A stretch of 64,000 nt of DNA, taken from Cenococcum geophilum (taxonomy: Eukaryota). Under the pieces are notes generated by a model. The model ran no database searches. It saw only the letters and a list, made by a program, of their open reading frames with translations, and had not been told where the DNA came from. Where the stretch lies: contig CP158635.1 of NCBI GenBank assembly GCA_050273025.1, positions 22,568,001-22,632,000 on the forward strand, read 5' to 3'. The position numbers and the translations under genes were made by a program. Shown piece after piece: positions 37,409-52,429 of this stretch (its first letter is position 1; the number at the start of each line of letters is the position of its first letter).

Positions 37409-38029
37409 CTTATTATTAAAGCACTAAGGCCCTAAAGGCATATAGTAACGTAATAACAGTAGCGGAATGCAATAGGTATCTGGTTCTTAATAAAGTAAAA
37501 TCATAAAACTAAATTCTGCTATTCTTAAGTGCGGGGCGATTACGTTTTATAGGCGCCTCGCCTACGCTTCGCCTGCGCTAAGCTAGGTACGGCAAGTACA
37601 TCTCTATAGCTTAATAATTACCCCCCCCCTTCTTAAGCAGCTGTTCTTAACCGACGCTATTATATAATAGGAGTGCTATTATTGTCCTTTACTAAATAAA
37701 AAGTATATAACAAAATTTAAGTAAATTAGATAATGGGACAATATAATAATAAGATAATAAGATAATAGGACAATAAGATAATAGAACGCTAGGGCCCTAT
37801 AAAGACCTATAAAGGTAAGACATTAGATTTCCCTTCCTATTTTATTTTAATCTATTTAGCTTGCGACTTACCTTCTTCCTAACTTCTAATTAATTATAAA
37901 TCGCAAGCGTAACGCCACCGGTTTGCCTATTGGCGAGCCTTTTATAAGTATTCTTTATACTAGCTTATAGCTGTCGCTAATTCTACTAAACGCCGTCTAA
38001 GCTCCTACGCCGCTTGTAAGCTACTTCCC

Positions 38030-38450
38030 TAGTCTTACTAGAACTAATCTACCTCTACTACGCTAAGCGTATAGCTACCGCTAGGTGGGCTACCTACGGT
38101 AAGTAGGCTAACTGTAATTATGGGTACTGCCGACGACTAAATAAGTTATACTAAGTAGTAAGTTTAAGTATATTAGCTTAGGTTTTAATAGCTAATAAAC
38201 TAGGTCCCTAAGGCCTTTTATAGCCGCCTAAATAAGCTACTCGCCCTTATTAATAGGGTTAAGCGCTAGCGGGTTGCTAGCGGGGATACGGCTAACCTTA
38301 ATACTTGCGTTACTACCACCTAGAAATCCTTTACAAAGAATATTAAGGCTTTACTACGCACTAGCGCTAAGCACGGTCCCTACTAGCGCCTAAAGGGCAA
38401 AGACTTTTCTTTATTCTAAGTGCAGGAATTATAGGCCATCCGTTATACCC
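38030..38450 (+). pseudogene. Possible antisense Cys6-type ORF in the 3' region of Gypsy family C
   Basis: LIYLYYAKRIATARWATYGK*ANCNYGYCRRLNKLY*V, then GTAAGT...CTAAT...TAG, then VPKAFYSRLNKLLA. Reverting TAC/TAT to TGC/TGT gives C-x2-C-x11-C-x7-C-x2-C-x6-C. Confidence 0.4.
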
Positions 38451-39236
38451 TTAAAGGAATTCTTAATATAATACTCGCTTTAGTACGTATTATAAAGTAG
38501 GTATTTCGCCGTTATAGCGTATACTAATAGTATTTATAGGCTAATATGCCTCTTATTATAAGGGATAAGGAGGATAAGGATAAGGATAATAAGGAGGAGG
38601 GAGGGGAGGATAAGGAGGGAGAAGAGAAGAAGGAAGAGGAAGAAGGGGAGGAAAGGGAGGATTTAATAAAGCTATAGAGTATCTATATTTCTATCGGCGT
38701 ACTACTATTACTTTACCGTCATTCCGTCGTCGCCCTACTAGTAGGGCGTAATTCCGGTTATAATTAAAAGTTTTTAGTTTTCCCACCTACTTTCTTTTCT
38801 ATTTGCCCCTTAGGGTAAAGTAATTATTATATATCTCCTTTACGTTCTTATTAATATCCTCTACTAAAACCTATTAGTTATATTCTTTTAGCTAACCTTT
38901 TTACTTAACTAGGTACTATAGGGTCTAGTTATATACCTTTCTTCTATATATTTCTTCTACCTTATACTAGTCCTCTTAGTCCTTTTAGTTATCTAGCTTA
39001 ATAGGCCCTAGTAATAGGTCTCTAGTAGTGCCCTTATATTATTTATATAGCTCTAGTAAGCTAATATAAAATATAGGGTGGATATAGTAAGACATAGGTT
39101 AATATAGCCAGTACATTTACTTTCTAACTAGTTTAGCTATACTAAAAGGTCCGATAAAGCATACTATAAGCTTCTTATTTAGCCTTTTCTATTTAAGATT
39201 TTTAGTTAATAATAGAACTAAATTCCCTACGTTATA

Positions 39237-42200
39237 TGTTACGGCACTGGCAGAACTTAGCAAAACTTTGCGGTTATATAACTAGAGGACCACATAAAAG
39301 AACCCTTCTTTAACTAGCGCTGCTCTCCTTCTCCTTTCCTTTCTCTAGCTTTAGATTCTCGTTTATAGACAATCCAATTATACAGGCTTGTATACGTCCT
39401 TCTTACTATGCTTATATCTCGATTAACTAAGTCGCTAACATTATCTAAAGCTCACTCTACTCTTTCTTTCTAAAAAGGAACTTAAATATATCTATAAGAC
39501 TATAAATAGGACAAGAACACAAAATAAGACCCTAAGGACATTACTAGAACCATAAGGACAGAACCTAAAAGAAAAGAACAGAACTCTAAGGAAAGGACCT
39601 ACAAGATATATACAGACTAGAACCCCTAAAGAAATTACCCAAAATTAACTAATACCCCTACCACTATGCCATAAAATATAGCAGTAGGTAAAGCAGCTGT
39701 AGGACCCTTAAATACTTCAGATAAGGAAATAATTAACGTCTTAACCCCCCAGGCGGAGCTTACGGCAGCTAATACTAAAATTAAACAACTACAAGAGCTG
39801 CTTAAAGCTAGAGATACCCCTATATCTAATAATAAGTTATTATTAGACAACTAAAGACTTACTATAGTCCTTTAGGCCCTATCCTAGCGCCTTAGTAGAT
39901 CTACTAAGGCCTATATAGCACTAAAGCGGTCGGCAAAGGTTGCGGATCCTTTACTACTTACAGACGGAACTAACCCTATATTTAATAATTAGAAGCTTTA
40001 ATTACGGGATAAGCTTAAAGTTAATATAGACCACTTCCCTAACGCCTAAGCCAAAATAGCCTACGTCTTCGGCCGTACTAGTGGAGACGCCTAAACGCAT
40101 TTATGTCCGTAATACACTAAAGACTCCGCAGACCCCTTTATCTCTAAAGAAGAAATAGTTAAACACTTATATTCTATTTATAAAGATCCTTTTAAAGTAT
40201 AGAATGCCCGCCTTAGCTATAAAAGCCTAAATATAAAAACAATAGAGACCTTTTCGGCCTTCTAAACCCACTTTTTATACCTAGTAGAATAGGCCTAGAT
40301 CCCCTAAGAAGACCTACTATTAGACCTCTTTAATAAGCTTACCCTAGACTTATAGCGGGCCGTATTACCAGCTTATACTACAGCATAGACGTTAAAGGAA
40401 CTTATAGACCATTACCTAGCTATTAACTAAGGCCTCTATTATATTAAGGCACGTGCTAATCGGCTAAAAACTAGAAACCTTATAAACTAGGCCACAAGTA
40501 CTATAAGAACGGCCTATAGTACCCCAGCACGATCGGCAACCCCTATAGTACTAGCCGCTTAGCTAATAGTTAACCCAGCAGCTAGCCGCACAGCTACCCC
40601 TACTACGGGCCTAGTGTACACCCAGCCTATATACAGCGACCCCTATATATAGGCCCTCAGCGATTAAAGAGCTTACTTCTTATATGGTTAACTAGGCTAC
40701 CCTATAAGAAACTACCTAATAAAGATAAAGATAAATAAGGTTCTATTAATTTAGGAGGATAGTATAAAGTTAGAAAAAGAGAAACCTTAGAGGAAGACTC
40801 CTCTCTAGGGTTAAAAGGGATTAATATATTACATATCAATCTAGGTCAGCTAGTTAGTAGAAAAAGCTATACTATCCCTTATACTTTATTCCGTAATAGA
40901 TATTAAGTTTTAACCTCTACTTTAGCTAACTTAGGAGTAAATATCTTTACCTTAATTAATATAAAGTGCGCGGCAAAACTAGCTAACTTTTTAAATATAC
41001 CCCTTTAAAGAACTACCTAAACTAATCCCTATTTATGGGTATAACGGACAGATAGGGCCACCTATTATAACTATCTTGTAAATCTACCTCCGCGTTAACG
41101 GACAAAGATAGTATAATATCCCCTTCCTTATTACGGACCTTAAAAGCTATAATATAATCTTAGGGAGAAAATAGCTAGCCTATTTAGGCTTATAGCTTAA
41201 TATACGGAACAGGCAGCTTATCTAGCCTAAAACTATACCCCCAACGCCTTCCTTTATAAAAGAGATTAGTATTATAATAGAAAACCTTATACAGCCGTAG
41301 ATAAACACCGTTTACTAGGCCGATGCGACGCGTAGGGACTAGGCTTTTAAGAAGGATATATAGCTTAATCCGCAACAGATCCGTATACTACGCCGCCCCT
41401 AGACTGCCTTTATTATACCACCCGCACTAAAGACTTAGAAAGTTAGTAGTGGCCTAGCTAAATCCCTAATAGAAAACTTAGGCCCTATACAGCCACAAAG
41501 GAAGGCTAGGGACATTAGACGATATACTAAACTAATAGACTAAAAGGACAACTTACGGAAAATAAAATGTAAGCTAAGGAAAACCATAAACCCTATACCG
41601 CAAAATACGGCCTAAATATCCGTAAAGAAACCCACGGACCTCCCACCAGTTAATATCTGCTATATTAGCGCTATAGGATTCTACTAGAACCTAGTTTAGC
41701 CTAATATTATTACCTTTATAACTAGCTTATACAAAATTAATTAAATAATTAAAGAGAAAGAAGCCTTAGCCTAAAAGAAAGGCGAACTTATAAATAAGGA
41801 GCTAGTAGAATAAAAACTGCCCCATTAATACTAGAAATTTAAAGACACTTTCTCTAAAGCAGCGTTTAATATACTTCCGCCTTACTAACCATACGACTAT
41901 AAGATTAAAATTAAGCCAGATAAGGTAGTTACCCTTAGCTATAGCCCCCTCCGACAGTAATCTACTACCAAATTATAGGCCATAAAGTAGTATTTTATTA
42001 ATAACCTAAATAAGGGCTTTATTAAGCCTAGTTAAGCCCCTTTTAACTTACCTATTCTCTTTACCAAAAAACCAAATAGAGGACTTTGTTTCTGTATTAA
42101 CTACCATAAGCTTAATAATTTAACCCTTAAAGACCGCTACCTACTACCTTTACTTAATAAGACTTTGTCCTGAATAAGTAGAGCTAAGATCTTTATAAAG

Positions 42201-45200
42201 CTTAATATCCGCTAGGCTTTTTACCGAATTAGGATAAACCCTAAATTAGAAGACCTTACTATATTTTAGACCTATTATAGAACGTATAAATATAAAGTAC
42301 TACCTTTTAAACTAACTAACGGACCGGTTATATACCAACAATATATAAATAATATACTATTTAACTACCTTAATAACTTCTATACAGTATACCTAGATAA
42401 TATTATAATCTACTCTAAAAATAAACTAAAATATAAAGAGCATATCTATAAAGTCCTGTAATGGCTTTGGGAAGCTAGCCTCTAAGCCAATATTAAGAAG
42501 TTAGAATTTAGTATTAAGCGTATAAAGTACCTAGGGTTTATTATTAGTATAAGCGGAATTAAGGCAGACCTAGAAAAGACGGCCGTAATTAACCAATAGG
42601 TATCCCTAAGGACCGTAAAGGGGGTATAGTTATTCTTAGGGTTCTATAACTTCTACTAACGCTTTATTAAAAACTATAGTAGGATTACCCAGCCACTAAG
42701 CCTATTTACCTACAAGGACCGGCCCTTTACTTTAACACCGTATATAGGCAGGCCTTTAATAAGCTTAAGAAACGACTAATCTCTACTCCCTTACTCGCCC
42801 ACTTTAACTTAGAACGGCCCTTAATACTAAAAACTGATGCCTTAGATAGCGTTATAGCTAGCATTTACTCCTAAAAGTAGATAGACGGAGAATGGCACCC
42901 TATTACTTACTATTTAAAGACTATAGTAGATGCTAAGCTAAACTACCCAATTCACGACAAAGAAATGCTAGCTATTATCTCTAGCTTTTAGCACTAGCGA
43001 GCCTAACTAAAGGGCACCCCTAAGTCTATCTAGGTAGTTTCTAATTATAAGGCCTTAGAATATTTTATAGTAACAAAGGCCCTTACAGCCCGATAGGTGC
43101 GCTAGGCGGACACCCTATCTTAATTTAACTTCCTAATTATATATAGGCCTGGCGCCACTAACTATGCGGATGCTCTTATAAGGCGTAAACAGGATATAAA
43201 TAACTAGATAGCTGTAAAGATCTTATTATAGACTTAGGCGCTACTATAACTAGAGCACCTTAACCCCTAAATATGGGCAGAACTAAATATAGACTCTTTA
43301 GATACTAAGATATACCCTATTAACTTTATAGAACTAAACCTTATTAATAAACTACTGTAGGTAAACTATACGGCCTATTCTTTATAGAAGTACCGTAAAA
43401 AGGCAAAGAACGTTTCTAGCCTATAGTCCCTTAAAAGTAGACTACTTAAGCACCGTAAACGGCTAGTAGTAGTAGAGGAACAGAACTTATAAACTTAGCT
43501 TATTACTAAAGCATATACCTAGGTCTCTACGGCCTACCCTAAAAAAAATAAAACCCGTAGGATTATTAGCAACCGCTACTACTAGCCTAGAATAATTATA
43601 AATATTAACCACTATATACAGAACTGCAATAACTGCCGTAGGTCTATAATTTCACGAGATAAGACCCTAGGACTATTAAAAACCCTCCTAATACCTAACC
43701 ACCCCTAGTAATATGTCTCTATAGACTTTTATAAGCTACCTCTAGACCGTAACGGATATAATATAGTTATAATCCTAGTTAACCGCTTTAGTAAGCGCCC
43801 GTTCTTAATTCCCTATTATAAAAATATTAATACTAAAGAGGTGGCCCAACTGTATATCTATTACATTTACTAAATTTACGGACTACTAAACACTATTATA
43901 TCTAATTGCGGGCTATAGTTTATATTAGCCTTTTGGAATAAGTTTACCTAAATCCTAGGCATTAAGCTAAAGCTTTTTATGGCATATTACCCCTAAATAG
44001 ACGGTTAAATAGAGATTATAAATTAATACTTAGACCAGAGACTCCGGCCTTTTGTTAACTACTTCTAGGATAACTAGGCCGAACTATTACCCTTAATAAA
44101 CTACGCCTAAGTAACCCTACCCTATAACTCTACCAGATTTGCCCCTATTTAACTAGAAATGGGTTACCTACCCTATATAAGCTTTAACTAAGAAAGACTA
44201 GAAGGGCCCTAGACTATATATAAAAAAAACCATCTTATAAGGAAGCCTAGTAGTACGCTAAGCGCTTAAAAGAAGCCTAAAAAGTAGCCCGTATAAACCT
44301 AGAAAAGGCCTAGAAATTAATAAAACAGTAGGCGAATAAGTATAGGTACGAGCCTAACTTTACTATAGGCGATATAGTCTAGGTTATAATAAAGAACTAA
44401 AAGATAGAACGGCCTAGCTATAAGCTAGACTATAAAATAGCAGGACCGTATAAGATTCTTAATAAAGTAGGCAACTTATACAAGGTTAAGCTCCCAGACT
44501 TAATTAAAGTTTACCCTATTTTCTTACCGGATAAGCTACGGAAAGCTATAAATAACCTACTATCTAGACAAAAGAATAAACCTCCCCTACTAATTTAAGT
44601 TAATGGCGATAATAAATGGAAAATTAAAGAAATACTAGCCTATAAACTTATAAAGGGAACATTAAAGTATTGTATTAGTTAGAAGGGATATAACCTAAAC
44701 CCTACTTAGTACCCTATATAGAACTTTATAGGTAGTCCCTATAAGCTTTAGGAGTTTTATAGCCGTTACCCTAATAAACCCAAACCGCCAAAGTACCTAG
44801 ACGAGTAGATAAAATGCTAGTATAATAAAGATAATAAGCTACCAGAAGAACATAAGGACAAAAACGCCCTAGAAATTTCTTAGTTATATAAGGTCTTAAG
44901 ATGTCTAAAAACTTCAACCGGCGGTTAAAGTTATCTAATTAGTTAGATTCTCTTATTAAGACTTTTAGCGACAAAGCCTAAGGGCAGGCTTTTTTAGAGG
45001 GGGGGTAATATTACGGCACTGGTAGAACTTAGTAAAACTTTGCGGTTACGTAACTAGAGGACCGTATAAAAGAACCCTTCTTTAACTAGCGCTACTCTCC
45101 TTCTTCTTTCCTTTCTCTAGCTTTAGATTCTCGTTTATAGACAATCCAATTATATAGGCTTGCATACGTCCTTCTTGCTATGCTTATATCTTAATTAACT

Positions 45201-45212
45201 AAGTCGCTAACA
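39237..45212 (+). mobile_element. Full-length RIPed Ty3/Gypsy chromovirus (family D)
   Basis: 204-bp LTRs at 39237-39440 and 45009-45212. TSD TTATA at 39232-39236 and 45213-45217. PPT AGAGGGGGGGTAA before the 3' LTR. gag, PR, RT (FCINYHKLN..KDRYLLPL; YLDNIIIYS), RH (KTDALD, NYPIHDKEMLAI), IN and chromodomain (~44610-44780). Confidence 0.95.
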
Positions 45213-46354
45213 TTATATATCTATAGTTAGTAATAATAATTATAGTATTTTACCTGCGCCTTAATAGCGCTTTCCTAGCATTTCGCCAGCGCTTCGCGTT
45301 TAAGGGATATTCTTTTAATCCTCTTAGAGGCGGCTAGGATAGAACTACTATTATCCGCCTTAACCTTATATTTTAGATACGGGTAAAACCTATAGTAAGT
45401 ATAGAACGGGCTTATACCTATTATATTATATTTAGTATTATTATAGACAAATTTAGCTAGTAATAAGAGGCCTACCTAGTTACTCTGCTTTTTGTTATAG
45501 AATATACAGAGGTAATACTCTAGGGCTTAGTTCTAGCGTTTTATTTACCCATCCGTTTACAGGTAAAAGGCCGTACTTAGCTTGCGTTTTATCTTTATAG
45601 TAAAGTATAGCTTTAACCAGAACTTACTAGTAAAGGTACTGCTATAATTAGATATAATCCCTTTAGGGATTCTAAAACAGCGTACTACTTTATTAAGGAA
45701 GAGCTCCGCAAGTTTAGTTATAGTAATAGTTTTTACTATTAGCAGATATAGGGCTATTTTAGTATAGCGGTCAACTACTATATATATCGCATTATATACC
45801 CTATCGCCTTATCTACTAGGTGGTAGGCCTATAATAAAGTCTATTATAATCTCCTACTATAGCTGTTTTAGGTAAGATAGCGCTTAGAGCTTACTATAAG
45901 GGCGATATTAAGGCGTATATATACGTTAGCATATATTATAGGTAGAGATATAGTTCGCAACATCCGTATTTATACTAGGCTAGTAGTACTTACGCAAGAG
46001 TAGATCTAAAGTTTTTTCTTACCAAAGTGGCTAGCTAGGGTATTATTATAGTAGATCTATAGGAGCTCTATATAAACTGCTAGGTCTAGGGGTATATATA
46101 ACCTCCTATAGTAATAAAGTAGTTTAGCGGAATTAAACTACCATACTAGCTTTAAGCGGGCGCGTTAACAGCGTCTCGCCGTATCTATGCTGTCGCTATG
46201 CTTTTATAGCATAAAGTTATCTTTAGTCTAAAGTCCTTTAATAAGCTTAATAACTGTTTCCGTACTAGACTTATAAGCACTTTCTTAAGTACTTACTTCT
46301 CTAACCTAGGTCCTTATTACGCGCTACTTAATAATATACGTGCAGGTTACCTAG

Positions 46355-46602
46355 TATTACAGGACTCACACGTTCTCACGTCTCTGCGCGTTTTGACGTT
46401 CTTAACCCATGCTCACGTTCGTCCTAAAACACCTACGCACGTTCCCTTACAACCCCTATTTATACCCGTACCTAACCTATTCTATTCTATTCTACATCCA
46501 AATGTCTTTATATTAACTACGCATAGTTACGCGTACGTAGCCTTCTTTAATTACTACCCCGTTTAGTACATTGTATTCTAGCTTATACCCACTTCCATAA
46601 CA
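46355..46602. repeat. Solo LTR (248 bp)
   Basis: T[G>A]TTAC...ATAACA termini flanked by TSD CCTAG (46350-46354 and 46603-46607), inside the pol of family C. Confidence 0.85.
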
Positions 46603-49600
46603 CCTAGTTAAACTATAATACTATATTACCTAGGCGTACTGCCATTAGGTCACTAGCTTATAGCTATAAAAATAACGCCTCTATAAAAGGCTCGCTTTCT
46701 TATATACCTAATAGGACTTTTATTTTAGTTAGTGGCCCTATATTTCTAAAGTCCTTTAAAGTAATAGTAGTATAGTGTTTTCTTCTAGCGGACCCCCTAC
46801 GCCTAGGGGTCACCTTAATAGCGCGTCTATAGGGTTTATTTTTTCCCACCCTATACTTAATTATAAAGTTATAGGCAGCTAATGCTATAGCCTATCTAGC
46901 TTACCGCCTATTAAGGGCTTTTACTTTTATAAAACCCTTTAGATTATTATAATCTATAAGCACTTCTAGGCGGCTTAATAGCCCCTTAATATAGTACCCC
47001 CAATGCTTAAAAGCCTCTACAATAGCTAGTAGCTCTTAATTATGGGTCTTATAATTACGCTTTACTAATAAAAGCTTCCTAGACTAGAAGGCTATTAGAT
47101 ACTAAAGGCTGTCTTTAAATAGCTATAATATAATTGCTGCTAGGCCTTATATGGAGGCATTAGTTTCTAACTGTATTGGTAAGCCTAGTATATAGTATTA
47201 TAGAAGTGGCGCCGTTATAAAGGCGTTGTAGAGCCGGTATATTGCCTACTCTGCCTCTTCTAGCTAACTAAAAGGCCTAGCTTTACGGCCGTTCTTTACT
47301 CCCTTAAGGAGATTAGTAATAGGCTTTGTAATAGTAGAGTACTTATAAATAAACTAGTGGTAGAAGTTAATAAAACCTAAAAAGACCTAGACATCCCTAT
47401 AGGATTAAGGGCTCTCTTACTTAGTAATAGCTTCTACCCAGCTAGGATTTATCGCTACGCCTTTAAGGCTAATAATGTATTTTAGGAACTTAACCTCTTA
47501 TACGCCAAACCTGTACTTCTTAAGGTTTGTATATAGTTAATATTGCTATAACTTACGTAGCACTTCTAATATGTAGCGCTAGTGTTCCTCTGGATTTTCT
47601 GAAAAAATTAAAAAATTATTAAGGTAGACTATATAGAAGACGTCTATTAGTCCTAATAAGGCTTAATTAATATAGCCCTAAAAGGTCGCTGGTCTATTGG
47701 TTAACCTAAAAGGTAAAACTAAATACTTAAAGTGACCGTAATGTATACGGAACGCTGTCTTCTACTTATCGCCCTAATGGATGCGAAGGCGGTAATACGC
47801 ATTCGTTAGGTCTAACTTAGTAAAGATTTTAGAACCTACTAAGCGGTCTAAGGTCTTACTAATTAATAGTAGTGTAAGACAATTTTTAATTATTACCTTA
47901 TTAAGGCCTTTATAGTCTATATAGAGCCACAGCTTCTTATCCTTTATTAGTATAAATAGGATAGGTGCCCTTACAGGACTAGTACTTAGTTAGATCTAGC
48001 CTTTAGCTAAGGCGTTATTTAAGTACTCCCTTAGTACCTCTAGCTCCTTAACTAAAAGGTTATAAAGCGGCCTATACGGAACCTCCTATCCCTTTTTTAG
48101 GTCAATAGTATAATTGCCCTAGTAGTATTAGGGTAGCTTTCCTGCTTTCATATATAAGAAGATATTACTAACTTCTTTTAACTATAGGGGAAGGACCAGT
48201 AAGCTGCTGTTATCTTACTTACTAGGTATTAATCTAGTAATTACTAGGGCAAAGACCCTAGATTCCGTCTAAAGAGACTCCGTAAAACCCTTAGGGGTTT
48301 ATAGTAATAGGGATAAGCCATCTAGCTTCTATTACTACGCCTTTACCTTATAGTTAATAAGAAGTTAGGCCTTTTTTAACCCTAGTATATCTAGGGTAAT
48401 AGTAGGGGATGCGTTAGCCATTTTATAGTAGATAAGAGTTACTTCCCTAATCCTGCCCTAGCTGTTTTTTATTCTTAGGGGTACCTTATAGGCTTTATAG
48501 TAATATACCTAAGTTTTATTTAACTAAGAGTAGGTAGGTAATTTTATATCTAGTGTTTTAAAGTTATATTTTATTACAAATCGCTAATTAATTATACTTA
48601 CTTTAGCGCTATAATTAAGTATTATTAAGGTCTCCTTCTAGGTCTGCTTAGATAGGACTTCTCCTAAGATAATAATAGCTTCCTTATAATTTAGTAGTAG
48701 CTTATACCCTATAGGTATAAGGGGCTCTAAGGGCGCTTACCTTTTTCTAGCGTAGAGATGGCGCTTATATAGTTAGGAGGCGGCTACTATTACTATTACT
48801 ACTCTAGGCATTGCCGCCACTAATATCCTAGCTTACTACAATTTTTACAGTTCCCCTTAGGTTGGGTTTATAAGGGCGCGAAGAGACTTTAGGGAAGATT
48901 TAAAGGAATGATATAAATTCTATCTAAATCTAAGGGTATATAGCTCTTGCTAAGAACAAGACGTTGCGTAAAGAAGAGAAAGGGAATAACAAAAGAATTG
49001 TATAATTAAATAGTTAGGGGCTTAGTGGTTAATGCGTGCGTATATACGTACGCGGTCTTTAACAGACTTTAGTAGAATTCAATTAATCTAGTAGAATTTA
49101 GTAGAAGTCAATTAAGCTAGTAGAATTTAGCAGAATTTGGTTAAAGCGTTAAAATTTATCTATTAAGTGTTTTATTAAGATATTCCTACTATAACTAGGC
49201 TAGTCCTATTATAGTACCCCCCCTTTTAGCTGAAGGTCTAAATAATTTAATTTTAGTTAAGACTTATAACTTATCGCGTGTTATATTTTTGCGTTGGGTA
49301 GTAGTATAGGGTTTTACTGGTTTTAATTGTTAAATAGGCTAATTAGGATTTTCTATGCCCAGTATAGAAAATTACTATTAGCTCGGTTAAGACGGTAAGC
49401 TAAACTAATATCTTTATAGTAGGTCTTAGCAAGGTAAATCTAACTAATTAGATAACTTTAACCGCTAGTTAAAGTTCCTTAATATCTTATATATTACGTA
49501 ACCGTATTATAAACGTTGTAATATATTTTAAGTTCTTATTATTAGTTTTTGTATATTTATATTAGGCGGTAATTATTTACCTTTATATTGTGTCTACCTA

Positions 49601-52333
49601 GCTAAAGTAGGCCGCGAAGAATAGTCCTTATAGAATTCTTTTACTAAGGATGGCGCGTTGGCTTTAATCTGGTTATAGGTTTCCTAGGTTTGTATTTTAT
49701 ATTCTTTTTACTTAATAAAAAGTTTAAATCATTTAGATTGTGTTTTCTATTGCATATTATTAATTAAGTTAATAAAGTAAGAACCGTTACCGTTATTAAT
49801 AATTATAGGGGGTAGTAGCGGCACTTTATAAGTTAAAGGTTTACCTTTTAAAGGTTATAGTAAGCTTATATAAAACGTTAGGTATATTTTTATTTTAGTT
49901 AGCAGTCTAAGCTTATAGGCGTATAGGCTTAGTTTCTTCTTAACTTAATATAGGCCCGCAAACCTCCAATTAAGTTTCTTTAAGGGTTATTAAGTCTTTA
50001 GGTCTCGTGTATTTAAGTAAACTATATTACCTTTTTTAAAGTCCTATACAGGAGCTCGTCCTTTATTTATATGCCATTCCTATACCGTTTAAGCGTACGT
50101 TAATTTACTTTATAATAGTTCCATTAACTGCTTTATTTAATTAGCAAAGTTATATACGTTAATTAACTAAATCCGTTTAATCGTGGGTCCTATTATATTA
50201 ATTTTGGGTTATAGTTTAAATCTAAGTTAAGGGTTTTATCCATAGGCCGCGTAAAACGGTGTTACACCTATTAATATATTTATTATATTATTTATAGTAA
50301 ACTTAGCTAAAGGCAGCCATTTTCCCCAGTTATCTTATAGGTAGGAGTAGTATATTTATAGGTATTGTTCTATAATCGCGTTTATAATTTTAGTTTAACT
50401 ATTTATCTCTGGATAAAATATAGTTAAGAGTTATGTTTAAATGCTTAATTGTTTATATAGAGCTTGTTAGAAGTCTAAAATAAACTAGCTTCTATAGTTG
50501 GATATTATTAAGTTAGGAAGTCCGTATAGCTTAAAGACGTGCTTAATAAAACATTCGGCTACTAATATTATATTAATTAAGTTTATGGGGATTATATATT
50601 ATATTTTTATAAGATAGTTAACGACTACTATAACATTTATAACCCTATTACTGCTAGGTAAGTCGACTATAAAGTTAATTAAGATATTGCGCTATCTTTG
50701 TATTAGAATTGGTAGTAGTTAAAGTACTCCTTACTTTTTTATATAAGAGGTCTTTCTATGCACGCATATCCTATATACTTAAACGTATTTTCGTACGTAG
50801 TTATGCATTATAGGCTAGTAGTATACTTGTTAAACAATCTTATAAGTCTTTATATGGCTAAAATATCCTACTACTAGGGAGTTATATACGAATCTAAGTA
50901 TCTTAAATTATAAAGGTTCGGAATTCGGAACTACTATCTTCTATTAATAGTATAATCGGTTATTTTAAATTTCGCATTTAGTAAGTATAATATCCTTATA
51001 CTATCGTTTTCCTATTTAAATTGCTTTTATTATATCTATTATCTATACGTTATTCTTATATTTATATTCTATTAGCTTATTAATTTCTATTTCCTATTTA
51101 TTAACTTCTAATTTATTTCTATTAAGCTCTATATTTAGAAATATAGGGCGTAGTTTCTTAAAGCGTTTAGGGGGCAGCAGAATTTATAATTAATTTATAA
51201 TCCGTTCGTTAGAGGCGTTTATAAGTAAATCTTATAATTATTATATTAATAAGTTAGGCTTCTAATTAAGTTTATTAGGTTAGTACATAATCTTAAAGTT
51301 AAATTATAAGAGGTATTCGGCCCAACGAATTTAGCGTTATATTAATTGCTTTATAGTTATAAAGTACTGTAGGTTTTTATAGTCCGTTAATATGCATATT
51401 AGGAATAATAATCCTTTAAGTTCTAGACGCCATTGTTTAAAGAATTTAATAATTATAAGCAGTTCCTTATTATATATCTTATAGTTTAATTTAGTAAGGG
51501 TAAATTTTTAGAAGAGAAAGGCTACTGGGCGTAGCTCGCCGTTTTTATTATATTGCGATAACATTCCTCCTAGTATATAATTAGACGAGTCTGTTTTAAC
51601 AATATATTTAAGGTCTAGATTAAAGTAGGTAAGAATTAAAGCAGTTATAAAACAATATTTTAGGTCGTTAAAGGCTTATTTATATTTAGTAGTCTATTTA
51701 AATCTTATATTCTTCCTTATTAAGTTTACTAATAGCTAAACAATTTTTAAGAAGTGATTAATAAATTAATAATAAAAATTTGCAAATTTTAGAAATTCTT
51801 AGATGTTTTATATACTACTAGGACTTTCCTAGTTTATAATTGTAGCGATTTTCTTAGGGTCTATTTTAATTCCGTTACGGGATATAATTAGGCCTAAGTA
51901 CGTAACTTCGGACGCGTGGAACTTGTATTTCTTAATATCGCATAATAAGCCCGCGTCTCGCAGGCGTTTAAGGACTATTTAGACGTGCTTCTAATATTTA
52001 GAAAGCAAAGACAAATAAATTAATATATTATTAATATACGCGGTAATAAATATATTAAGGAATTTGCGAAGAATATTGTTAATATATTACTAAAATATAC
52101 TAAGACCGTTCTTTATACTAAATAGCATTACTAGGTATTTAAAAAGTCCCTATTATATATAAAAAGCTATATACTTCTTATCTCCTTTACAAACACGGAT
52201 TTAATTAAAGGTAGTAACTATATTAAGCTTTATAAAGTATCGTGCTTTTACTAAGTAGTTAAGCGTTTTTTAAAGTAGAGGAATTAGATATCGGTTTTAA
52301 ATTATAATTATATTTAAGGCTTAATAATTAATA

Positions 52334-52429
52334 ATAATTCATTGCTTAACGTCCGATTCGGATCCCTATTGGGCCCACGCGGACTACTCCTTATGTACAT
52401 GTGGGGAGAAAACTCTATTTGAGAAAACC
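52334..52429 (-). mobile_element. 96-bp insert with an 18-bp target duplication; probable 5'-truncated LINE/SINE 3' end
   Basis: AAGGCTTAATAATTAATA occurs at 52316-52333 and 52430-52447. The insert splits the host RT motif GLRF(C)I(D)Y(R)ALN and retains CpA/TpG. The minus strand ends in an AT-rich tail. Confidence 0.7.
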
